64,000 nucleotides of DNA from Candidatus Latescibacterota bacterium. Lineage in GTDB: Bacteria > Latescibacterota > UBA2968 > GCA-2709665. The DNA lies in NCBI GenBank assembly GCA_965219995.1, contig CBDCOX010000002.1, forward strand, positions 4,800,001 through 4,864,000. Reading direction: 5' to 3'. Below, one piece after another: positions 1-8,400 of the stretch. The translations under genes and the position numbers were made by a program. Position 1 is the first letter of the stretch. The number at the start of each line of letters is the position of its first letter. Under the pieces are notes generated by a model. The model made no database searches. It saw nothing but the letters and a program-made list of their open reading frames with translations, and was not told the DNA's origin.

Positions 1-2
1 AC

Positions 3-1229
3 ACCGGATTCTACACCAATTCGAGCAAAGCGATTGGCACGACCGACACCCTGCCGCGGATTCTGGGCGGCCTGGGCTACCAGACGCAACTGATCGGCAA
101 GGCCCACTTCAGTCCCCAACGGGCGAGGCTGGGGTTCGACAATACGATCATCAACGAGTCCGGCCGGTACCGCGACGGCGACGACTATCACCGGTGGTTG
201 AAGAAGACGCCCTACGCGGGCCTGGAGCGGGCGACGAGCATCGGGAACAACGACGTGTTCTCCCGAAGGTCGGTCGTGCCCGAGACCCATCATGTGAACA
301 CGTGGACGGCGAACGAGTGTATCGAATTTCTGGACAGGCGCGATCCCACCTGTCCCTTTTTTCTGTGGATGTCTTTCAGCCGACCGCATTCCCAGTACGA
401 CCCCCCGGCGCCGTACGATACCTGGTACGATCCGGACGACGTGCCGCCGCCCATACGCGCCCCCGGCGAAGATTTTCTGCCGCCCGAACTGCAGGAGGCT
501 CCCCTGCGCTACGACTGGGACCGCATGTCACCCGCGAGGATCGTTCGGGCGCGGCAGCACTATCTGGGGCAGATTACGCATATCGACCATCAGATCGGGC
601 GTTTTCTGGCCGCGCTCCGGTGGAAGGGGTTGTGGGACGACACGCTGGTGGTTTTTACCTCGGATCACGGCGACATGATGGGAGATTACGGTCTTTTCTT
701 CAAATCCCATTTTTTCGAAGGTTCCGGTCGCGTTCCACTGATTCTGCGGCCCCCGAGAGGCAGGGAGGGCGCGATTCCGGCGCAGCGGTATGAGAAGCCC
801 GTGTCGCTCGTCGACGTGCTGCCCACGCTGGTCTCGGCGGCGGGCGGCCCTGTCCCCGGGCAGGCGGACGGGGTGTCGCTTCTGCCGACGCTGGACGGCG
901 GGGACCCGGTCGGCGACCGGATATTCCACGGGGAAATCGGCGCGGAGCCGCGGCGCCACCACTGTCTGACGGACGGACGGTACAAGTATATGTGGTTCCG
1001 GCTGGGGGGCAGGGAATACCTGTTCGACCTGAAGGAAGACCCCGGCGAAGTGAACAATCTCGCGGGTGATGAGGCCCGGGTGGCCGTTTGGAGAAACCTG
1101 TTGATCGACCTTCTCCATACGCGCGGCGATTCGGCCGTGAAGGACGGTGCGCTGGTGTCCACGCCATACAGACCGACGCCTGAGGCGGAGTTGCGGGCGA
1201 TGGATCCGTTCGGCAGACGGCCGCATTAA
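3..1229 (+). CDS. Sulfatase family protein (5' end outside window)
   Basis: The frame of ORF 198..1229 is open back to nt 3 (GYQTQLIGKAHF). Sulfatase motifs SFSRPHSQY, FTSDHGDMMGD, K..F.EGS.RVPLI, SLVDVLPTL and LFDLKEDPGEVNNLA. Confidence 0.9.
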   Translation, partial: TGFYTNSSKAIGTTDTLPRILGGLGYQTQLIGKAHFSPQRARLGFDNTIINESGRYRDGDDYHRWLKKTPYAGLERATSIGNNDVFSRRSVVPETHHVNTWTANECIEFLDRRDPTCPFFLWMSFSRPHSQYDPPAPYDTWYDPDDVPPPIRAPGEDFLPPELQEAPLRYDWDRMSPARIVRARQHYLGQITHIDHQIGRFLAALRWKGLWDDTLVVFTSDHGDMMGDYGLFFKSHFFEGSGRVPLILRPPRGREGAIPAQRYEKPVSLVDVLPTLVSAAGGPVPGQADGVSLLPTLDGGDPVGDRIFHGEIGAEPRRHHCLTDGRYKYMWFRLGGREYLFDLKEDPGEVNNLAGDEARVAVWRNLLIDLLHTRGDSAVKDGALVSTPYRPTPEAELRAMDPFGRRPH

Positions 1230-1296
1230 TCTGATTCATTCGAAAACATGGACCTATACAGGGAGTACCCTACAGTTTACATTATTTCACACCATT

Positions 1297-1379
1297 GCCC
1301 TGGCACCCTGAGCCGCTCCCTGAGCATGCGGTGCCCTGAGCTTGTCGAAGGGTCGAAGGGTCGGCGAAGGGTCGAAAAG
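1297..1379. repeat. Nested cluster of the short CCCTGAGC-nn-GTCGAAGGG repeat
   Basis: Left halves ccctgagc at 1306, 1318 and 1334, followed by right halves gtcgaaggg/gcgaaggg at 1344, 1352 and 1364 plus a degenerate one at 1371. The same unit occurs at about 19986 and 59747. Confidence 0.8.
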
Positions 1380-1469
1380 TCACGGAAACGCGGGCGCAAC
1401 ACCGTGGCCCGCGGGTAACTGCATCCATATCGGGGCTATAATGGGTGTGCAGAGGGAGGTTGGATCACC

Positions 1470-1952
1470 TTGGCCGACTCTGTTGAAGAACGCCTCGGTC
1501 GACTTCTGATTGAACGTGGCTGGACCCTTTCGGTCGCTGAAACGACGGCGGGCGGACTGATTTGCGCGCGCATCGTGGGTGTGCCCGGCAGTTCGGCCTG
1601 GTTCGAACGCGGCGTGGTGGCTTACAGCACACAAAGCAAGATTCAATGGTTGGGCGTTCAGGAGTCCTTGCTGGAGCGCCACGGTACCGTGAGCGGGGAG
1701 GTGGCTTCGGCCATGGCCGCGGGCGTGGGCAGGGCGGGCCGGTCCACTCTGGGGCTGGCCGAGACGGGCATCGCCGGGCCGATTCGGGGACGGTCGCCCA
1801 AGCCGTTGGGTACCGTGTATATCGCGCTGTGGACGCCGGAAGGGATCAAATGCCAACGCTTCGCGTTTGAGGGGGACCGGAGCAGGATTCGCGAACGGAT
1901 TGCCGAGCAGGCCCTGGTGACGGCAGCGAATTTTGTGCGAGATGCGGCTTGA
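1470..1952 (+). CDS. CinA C-terminal domain protein (NMN deamidase PncC-like)
   Basis: TLSVAETTAGGLI, PGSSAWFERGVVAYS, HGTVSGEVASAMA, TGIAGP, KPLGTVYIA; SD gggagg precedes a TTG start. Confidence 0.88.
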   Translation: MADSVEERLGRLLIERGWTLSVAETTAGGLICARIVGVPGSSAWFERGVVAYSTQSKIQWLGVQESLLERHGTVSGEVASAMAAGVGRAGRSTLGLAETGIAGPIRGRSPKPLGTVYIALWTPEGIKCQRFAFEGDRSRIRERIAEQALVTAANFVRDAA

Positions 1953-2024
1953 CACCGGCTGTTCATTGACATACATTGACACCTTGACCTGACGCGGGTC
2001 TCCTGACTTCAATCCGGAGGTTGC

Positions 2025-2309
2025 ATGGCAAAAGAGGAAAAGGTCTCACTTGAAGGAACCGTCACGGATACCCTTCCCGACGGGCAGTACATGGTGGAAG
2101 TGGAGGGCGGACATCAGATTCTGGGTTATACGTCGGGCAAGATGCGACGGTTCAATATCCGGGTTCTGGTGGGCGACCGCGTGACGATCGAGACCTCGCC
2201 GTACGATCTGAATCGCGGGCGCATCGTGTGGCTGCACCGGTTGCCCCCGCCCGACGATGCCGGCGGAAAGCGCCGAGGCGGTGGTAACCGACCCAGGCGC
2301 CGGCGATAG
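2025..2309 (+). CDS. infA: Translation initiation factor IF-1 with basic C-terminal tail
   Basis: MAKEEKVSLEGTV..TLP...SGKMRRFNIRVLVGDRVTIETSPYDLNRGRIV; SD ggagg. Confidence 0.95.
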   Translation: MAKEEKVSLEGTVTDTLPDGQYMVEVEGGHQILGYTSGKMRRFNIRVLVGDRVTIETSPYDLNRGRIVWLHRLPPPDDAGGKRRGGGNRPRRRR

Positions 2310-2425
2310 TCGACTGGTCGTTCATTCCCGTAATTACAAGAAGTTCCAATCCAAACGAACTTCTGCACGAAAGGCATGCGTCAACCGCGACACGTATCGT
2401 ACATTGAAGTGGAACTCTACGCTCC

Positions 2426-2463
2426 AGGCCGAATCAGAATATCGATCGGCCTTTTTCATTTTT
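2426..2463 (+). terminator. Probable intrinsic terminator after infA
   Basis: aggccga...tcggcct stem followed by a T-rich tail. Confidence 0.55.
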
Positions 2464-2521
2464 AACCCCGGTCGCGAGGTCTCCGAATGGATACAGCAGG
2501 ATCACCGTCAGGAGGTAACGG

Positions 2522-3010
2522 ATGGCAAAGACCGTCGAGGATAGCGAGGCGAAGTTTCAGCCGTACCACGTCGAGTTCGATTCGCTCAGGAACGAATTGA
2601 AGAAAACGGCTTGGGGAAGGGACTGGAATTTCAGGGCGGAGATGTTCGGCGAGCCAAGGATCCGGGGCGCGTCGATTCGGATGTGGAAGAAGCGCTGGCC
2701 TGAGGAGATCCACTTCGAGAGCTGGATCGGAAATGCGGACATCGAACGCGGCAGCGCCACGCTCGCGTTTCACATCGAGACGCCGCTGGGCGATTTCGGC
2801 GTCCGGCGCAACGAGTTCAATCGGATGCTGATTGAGCGCGGTGCGGAGAGGATGGACGATTGGAAGGGATTTACCCTGTCGCCCAGGTCTTTCCAGACCA
2901 TCAAACGCCATGTACCGTTCAAGCAGGGCGATATTGCGAAAGCCCTGACGCCCGAATTCACCCGTCTGCAGCGCCTGGGAGAGGTCATCGACCAGGTTCT
3001 GAACCTGTGA
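2522..3010 (+). CDS. Hypothetical protein
   Basis: 162-aa ORF with strong SD (aggagg) and protein-like composition; family not recognised. Confidence 0.7.
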   Translation: MAKTVEDSEAKFQPYHVEFDSLRNELKKTAWGRDWNFRAEMFGEPRIRGASIRMWKKRWPEEIHFESWIGNADIERGSATLAFHIETPLGDFGVRRNEFNRMLIERGAERMDDWKGFTLSPRSFQTIKRHVPFKQGDIAKALTPEFTRLQRLGEVIDQVLNL

Positions 3011-3239
3011 ATCGGGGGAAACGGCCTTCGTGAATACGAGTCGTTGCCGTCACGATAGGAAAAGGAGTCGAAAGTTAGAAATCAACCCTTGTTTGTCTTG
3101 GCGACCTGTGCGATGCATTCGCAAGTCGCCGAGCAGGGGCCGAGGTCTGCCGGCCCCCGGGCGGAGGAAAGCCGAAAGACCGCTTCGACCACCTCCATTG
3201 ATTCGATTTTCTCTATGACTTGATTTTCCATGTCCACCG

Positions 3240-3500
3240 CAGCGATGATGTCTGGACACTGCGGATGGAACGTCTCGCCTGCGATGCCGGGCTCGGGCAA
3301 TTCTTGCATCCGGACATGTGCCTGCGCAACCCGGACAACCTGGACTGGGCGGACAACGGGGTGATCTACGTGCAGGAGGACCGGATCCGCGATGGCCCCA
3401 TCAGACAACACGACCTCGTCTAGGGCGGGCAGATGGTCTTGTTTCCGCGGAATCAGTGAGCTACGCGCAAGGCAGGGAAGCAGTCTATATACATCCGTTA
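3240..3500 (+). pseudogene. Fragment of a PhoX/DUF839-like alkaline phosphatase
   Basis: DAGLGQF..PD..LRNPDNLDWADNGVIYVQEDR resembles the PhoX NPDN/QED segment. There is no start context, a stop at about 3421, and a weak continuation in another frame. Confidence 0.5.
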
Positions 3501-3746
3501 GCTGCAATGTAATGTGGACTATTGCGCGAGCGGCTTTAATCTGTTGCGGGCATCTCAACGAAACTCAAGAGCCGTTGTAAAATTCGCGTAATTGGATTAT
3601 ATTTCGGGTACACGAAATCCTCTGGTCTTGTGGCCTGCGTCCCCCGCACCCGCCTCGCCTTTCCCCGGGCCAGGCCAAAACCCGCCTTATTTGCTGCCTT
3701 CCGTTTATAGCCCGAAATCCTTACATCCATCTCGCCTGCGTTCGCC

Positions 3747-4523
3747 ATGGAAAATGGAAGCTGTACGATAAAGACTTCGGACTATGCCCGGTTTCTGTCG
3801 GAATTAGAGGATCAGAGCGTCGATCTGATTTTGACGGACCCTCCCTATACGATTAGCCGAAAAACTGGATTCAAGCACATCGGGCCCGGGAGTGTCGAGC
3901 GGTTCGCCGTGGACATGGATTTCGGGGCGTGGGACCACGCCAGAATCGACCTGGACGTTCTGGCCGAACAGGCATTGCGCGTCCTCCGTCGAGGCGGAAC
4001 GGCAATCATCTTTTACGATTTATGGAAGATGAGCTATCTGGCTGACAGCATGAACAAGGCCGGTTTCAAGCAATTGCGTTTCATCGAGTGGGTCAAGAAA
4101 AACCCGGTTCCGCTGAATAGCAGACGCAACTACCTCACAAACAGCAGAGAGATTGCCGTATCGGGAGTCCGGTCAGGCAAACCTACCTTTCATAGCGAAT
4201 ACGACAACGGGATATACTCGTTTCCCATACCGAACAATCGCAAGAGGCATCACCCGACTCAAAAGCCCATGTCGTTGTTCAATGAGCTGATTGAGAAACA
4301 CAGCAATGACGGCGATCTGGTGGTCGATCCGTTTCTCGGATCCGGTACCACCGCGATCGCTGCATTGAGCCTTTCGAGGCGTTTCAGCGGATGCGATATC
4401 GACAAAGGTTATGTCAAAATTGCGAAAGATCGAGTCGAAAGGGCCTATCAAAGCGGAGCTGGCCGCGGAAAGTTGTCTAATGAGGACCCCGGTAAATGCC
4501 GAGATACGGATTTTCGGGCATAA
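3747..4523 (+). CDS. Site-specific DNA methyltransferase (N4-C/N6-A, beta class)
   Basis: Catalytic DLILTDPPY precedes HPTQKP and SAM-binding DPFLGSGTT, the beta-class order. Confidence 0.93.
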   Translation: MENGSCTIKTSDYARFLSELEDQSVDLILTDPPYTISRKTGFKHIGPGSVERFAVDMDFGAWDHARIDLDVLAEQALRVLRRGGTAIIFYDLWKMSYLADSMNKAGFKQLRFIEWVKKNPVPLNSRRNYLTNSREIAVSGVRSGKPTFHSEYDNGIYSFPIPNNRKRHHPTQKPMSLFNELIEKHSNDGDLVVDPFLGSGTTAIAALSLSRRFSGCDIDKGYVKIAKDRVERAYQSGAGRGKLSNEDPGKCRDTDFRA

Positions 4524-4744
4524 ATTACCCTTGATTTGAGATCATTTGGCCGTATGGTGCGAACGTGGCGTCGCGTGGGATCAAGCCCGAAGCCGGGGTA
4601 AAGGAGTTCCATAGACCACGACGGCGTCGCGAATCGGCGGGCCACCCGGGATCAGGCGTCCGGCTGTGTGGGAATGGCACAAATAGGAAATTTGTCCGTT
4701 TTTTGTGACAATTACTTGGCCATTCTTGGCAAAAAAACGGGTTT

Positions 4745-4769
4745 GTAGGGGCGTCCCTTGTGGGCGCCC
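4745..4769. repeat. GTAG-type REP palindrome
   Basis: gtaggggcgtcccttgtgggcgccc; relatives at 9708, 9787, 31440 and 59590. Confidence 0.65.
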
Positions 4770-4866
4770 GCTTTCCCCTCCAGTTGGGAATCCGTGGGTA
4801 TTCTTGCACGCACAGACGGACTTCAGACGGCTGAAGACTCAAAACGACCCGTAGAGGAGAAACACC

Positions 4867-5028
4867 ATGACAACAAAGAGGACGAAGGATCGGCGCAAAA
4901 CGGCTCGTCCGCGAGTCAAACCATCGGCGGAAACAGTCGACGAGATTCCTGAGAAACGAAAGCGGGCGCCACTAAACAGCCGCCAAAAGGTACATGGCGG
5001 GCGGAAGTATCTCGATCGGAGCCGATGA
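4867..5028 (+). CDS. Small basic hypothetical protein (53 aa, not in ORF track)
   Basis: SD agaggag, then ATG; MTTKRTKDRRKTARPRVKPSAETVDEIPEKRKRAPLNSRQKVHGGRKYLDRSR*. Confidence 0.45.
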   Translation: MTTKRTKDRRKTARPRVKPSAETVDEIPEKRKRAPLNSRQKVHGGRKYLDRSR

Positions 5029-5115
5029 GGCATCGTGCGCGTTTTTTTGTTGTTCCTCTTCTTCAATTTCTCTCCCGTTTCCTGCCTCGTTCTTCCGCTA
5101 CGCGGTGATCCTATA

Positions 5116-6060
5116 TCACGGCACCTGGGCCCCGACCGTCTCCACGTAGACGGAGAACAGCGACTGGGAGCAGGTCATGAACAGCCTGTTCTTCTTTTCG
5201 CCGCCGAAGCAGAGGTTCGCACAGGGGGCCGGGAGGTGGATCTTGCCGATGAGGGTGCCGTCGGGCGCGAAGCAGTGCACGCCGTCGGTGCCTTCGCCCG
5301 CCCAGCACGCGCCTGCCCACAGGTTGCCGTCCACGTCGGTTCGGATCCCGTCCGCCGAGGCGGGCTCCATGTTCACGAACACACGGCCGCTCGCGAGTCG
5401 GTCGCCATCCACGTCGAACACGCGGATGTGGGTGGGGTATTCGGGTCCGTCGGAGCGCCCGGTGTCGACGATGTATAAGAGCGACTCGTCGGGGCTGAAG
5501 CACAGGCCGTTGGGCCGCTGGAAGTCTGAAACGACAACCGTTGCCTCTCCGGTGTCCGGATCGAGACGGTACACGTTGGTGTCGTTCTCGAATTCGGCCC
5601 GGTGCCCTTCATAGTTCATCAGAATGCCGTACCCCGGGTCGGTGAACCAGATCGACCCGTCCGACCTGACCACGGCGTCGTTCGGCGCATTCAGCGGCCT
5701 TCCCTCAAAGCGGTCCATCAGCACCGTGATCGAACCGTCGTATTCCGTGCGGGTGACGCGACGCGCGTCGTGTTCACAAGAAACCAGCCGGCCCTGGCGG
5801 TCGCGCGTATTCCCGTTTGTGTTGTTCGACGGCTTGCGGAATACCGAGACGTCCCCCGTCTCCTCTTCCCACTTGAGGATGCGGTTGTTGGGGATATCGC
5901 TGAACAGCAGATAGCGGCCGTCCCCGAACCACACCGGTCCCTCCAGCCACCGGCCTCCGGTCCAGAGCATCTCAATGGCGGCGGTCGATAGTTTGTACTT
6001 CGCAAACCGGTCGTCGAGCACTTCGACGCGGCTGTCCGGGTACCTCACGAGATCCGTCAT
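5116..6060 (-). CDS. SMP-30/gluconolactonase family protein
   Basis: EGPVW..DGRYLLFSDIPNNRI, NGNTRDRQGRL, LNAPND, WFTDPGYG, PNGLCFSPDE, DGIRTDVDGN, ANLCFGG. Confidence 0.93.
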   Translation of the reverse strand: MTDLVRYPDSRVEVLDDRFAKYKLSTAAIEMLWTGGRWLEGPVWFGDGRYLLFSDIPNNRILKWEEETGDVSVFRKPSNNTNGNTRDRQGRLVSCEHDARRVTRTEYDGSITVLMDRFEGRPLNAPNDAVVRSDGSIWFTDPGYGILMNYEGHRAEFENDTNVYRLDPDTGEATVVVSDFQRPNGLCFSPDESLLYIVDTGRSDGPEYPTHIRVFDVDGDRLASGRVFVNMEPASADGIRTDVDGNLWAGACWAGEGTDGVHCFAPDGTLIGKIHLPAPCANLCFGGEKKNRLFMTCSQSLFSVYVETVGAQVP

Positions 6061-6542
6061 TTCATTTCTGTCCCTTCATGATGATCCGATTACGTCGGTT
6101 GTCCGACGAGTGATCGCAAAAATCCAATAACATCCGGTTTAACGACTGGTTGGGCGACGGATGATCCGCGACATCACTTACAGCTCCCGCGGCCGCCATT
6201 TCCGCGTTATCCACAGGCAATACACGACGGCAAATTGCACCTCGGAAGCAGTCTTGTCAACGGTTTTTCGGGAAGCCGGAACCTGTCGGCCACCGCCGGC
6301 AGGGTCGGTGGTCGTTAAGGTTGCCACACCTTGACAACTTTTCAGACGCCCTTTATATTGAAAATTAACACCGGTGAAGTTTCCGAAGAGAGCCGGAAAC
6401 CCGCCAACGTGCGCAGTCTTCATGTGGCCGGCCGCAGATCGACGAACAGGTTCCGCCGATCCGTTTCCGGCGCCCTGCGACGACCCGTCACAACCGGCGG
6501 GCCTGGCCCGTTTGCAGCGATTCGATTCGCGCCATCGCCGAT

Positions 6543-7499
6543 ATGACAACCCGTCAGAACATACCCGGATTGAGCCTGGTCACCGTACTGCTTTGTTTAT
6601 CCAACCCTGAACAACCAGGGTGCGGGGAGGCGCGCGCTTCCGGAACGGCGTACCAGATCGTAAGCCGGCAGGAAATACTGGATGCCATGCGGCAGACTGG
6701 CGATTACGATCCGACAGCGACGACGAACGGCGCCCGGTTCCAATGGGAAGTGATCTTCAATCTCGCGCACCGGGCGTGGGAGCGGGACCCGCGTGGAGCA
6801 CCGCTGTTTATCGACTCGGAGGACTGGTTTCGGGCGTTTATGGAGACGACCGGACGGACGGAAGACGAAATGCCACTGTACGCGAGGCTGTCCTATGAAT
6901 ATAAGCAGCATATGGATGTGGAATACAGAATGGATCGAGTGATCCGGAGGGTCATCGAAGGGCCGGCGCCTCGATTGGCTTTGAATGTCCGTATCTGGTG
7001 GGAAGACCGGACGGACAGGGCGGATCGTTACTCATATCGGGATACGCTGGCAACACCCAATCTCAAGATTACGATTCGTCAAATGATTTCGTATCGGCTG
7101 CTGGATCTTGGAGACTGGTTTGTTTGCGATAAAGTCAGGGGGCTCAGCGGACGTCCGACGTCAGGATTGTTGGGGTTTATCTTTCGGATTATCGGCGACG
7201 GTCGCATTGTACACTCCCGGATGGCAGTCTCGGCTGACGGTCTTCAGGTTGTCCGCGGGACGTCGAAGAAGGGGTTTATGGCAATGACAACCACCGCGAC
7301 GATTTTCAGGGATGGAGAGATGATCAAGGATCTGCCGGATGGCCGGTCCGATCTGAAGGAACTGAAGAAACGCGTCAAACAGAAGCTGGAAGTCGAATAC
7401 GTCGAACTACCCGAGGGCAAACTGGCGAAACCTGAAATCCCTGTGGAGAAACCGAAGGGCACGCCTATGGAGGAGCCTCATGAGCGAGCAGACAGGTGA
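6543..7499 (+). CDS. Hypothetical protein, possibly exported
   Basis: 318-aa ORF with hydrophobic N-terminal segment; overlaps the next gene by 20 nt; family not recognised. Confidence 0.7.
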   Translation: MTTRQNIPGLSLVTVLLCLSNPEQPGCGEARASGTAYQIVSRQEILDAMRQTGDYDPTATTNGARFQWEVIFNLAHRAWERDPRGAPLFIDSEDWFRAFMETTGRTEDEMPLYARLSYEYKQHMDVEYRMDRVIRRVIEGPAPRLALNVRIWWEDRTDRADRYSYRDTLATPNLKITIRQMISYRLLDLGDWFVCDKVRGLSGRPTSGLLGFIFRIIGDGRIVHSRMAVSADGLQVVRGTSKKGFMAMTTTATIFRDGEMIKDLPDGRSDLKELKKRVKQKLEVEYVELPEGKLAKPEIPVEKPKGTPMEEPHERADR

Positions 7500-8310
7500 C
7501 GCAAGATACACGATGGGACGCAGCAAGGGGGAAGAGGAGCGGTTGATTCACCAGTCCCAACTGTACGACGCCATCACCCGCCGCTTTCTGACTGAAGCGG
7601 GCGTTGGAAACGGGATGAAAGTCCTGGATATCGGCTGCGGTCCCGGCGACGTCTCCCTGACGGCGGCTGAACTGGTCGGTCCGGCTGGAAGCGTTGTGGG
7701 CGTGGACGTCAATCCGGATATCATTGGCACCGCCCGGGACCGTGCGCGCGGCGCGGGCTTCTCCAACGTCGAATTCCGGACGGGCGACGCGCGGACGCTG
7801 GACGTGGGAAGCGACTTCGACGTGCTGACGGGCAGGCTGGTGCTGATGTATATGGGCGACCCCGCGGAAGCCCTGAGACAGTTGACAGCCAGGCTGCGGC
7901 CGGGCGGAATCGTGGCCTTCCAGGAGGCCGACTTCAGCTACTATCACAAGCGAGCGGACACGCCCGTGGCGAACGATCTCATCGAATGGGCCATTTCCGT
8001 TTTCAAACGTTCCGGCGCGCACATAGAGATGGGCTTGAATCTGTACGGCGCGTTTGTAGACGCGGGACTGCCCGATCCGGAAATGGATCTCGCGGCGCCG
8101 GTTGGCGGGCCGGAGAACTGGACGGGGTACCGGTTCGTCGTTGAAGCATTTCGCAGCATGGTTCCGCTGATCGAAGAGTTTGGGATCGCAACAGCCGACG
8201 AGGTCGATCTGGATACGCTGGCAGACAGGCTCCGAAACGAGGTGGTGGCGACAAAACGCGCGTTCATGCTCCCGCCCCACGTGACCGCGTGGGCGGTGCT
8301 GCCGGACTGA
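7480..8310 (+). CDS. Class I SAM-dependent methyltransferase
   Basis: VLDIGCGPGD, VVGVDVN, FDVLTGRLVLMY, LRPGGIVAFQE; SD ggagga. Confidence 0.92.
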   Translation: MSEQTGDARYTMGRSKGEEERLIHQSQLYDAITRRFLTEAGVGNGMKVLDIGCGPGDVSLTAAELVGPAGSVVGVDVNPDIIGTARDRARGAGFSNVEFRTGDARTLDVGSDFDVLTGRLVLMYMGDPAEALRQLTARLRPGGIVAFQEADFSYYHKRADTPVANDLIEWAISVFKRSGAHIEMGLNLYGAFVDAGLPDPEMDLAAPVGGPENWTGYRFVVEAFRSMVPLIEEFGIATADEVDLDTLADRLRNEVVATKRAFMLPPHVTAWAVLPD

Positions 8311-8341
8311 CTCGCTCTGCTCCGTGTAGTTAACATGATTT

Positions 8342-8371
8342 CGCCGGGACGACGAAGTTGTCGCCCCGGCG
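8342..8371. terminator. Hairpin between convergent genes (bidirectional terminator candidate)
   Basis: cgccgggacgac-gaagtt-gtcgccccggcg. Confidence 0.55.
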
Positions 8372-8400
8372 TTGTCTTGTACCGCGATCCAATGTCCTGC

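Noticed and set aside
3160-3182. GAGGAAAG resembling the RNase P RNA 5' conserved motif
   Set aside because: Not followed by UCC, and no matching 3' conserved region at the expected distance.
6207-6215. Perfect DnaA box TTATCCACA
   Set aside because: Single copy, with no box cluster, unwinding element or dnaA/dnaN nearby; not evidence of oriC.
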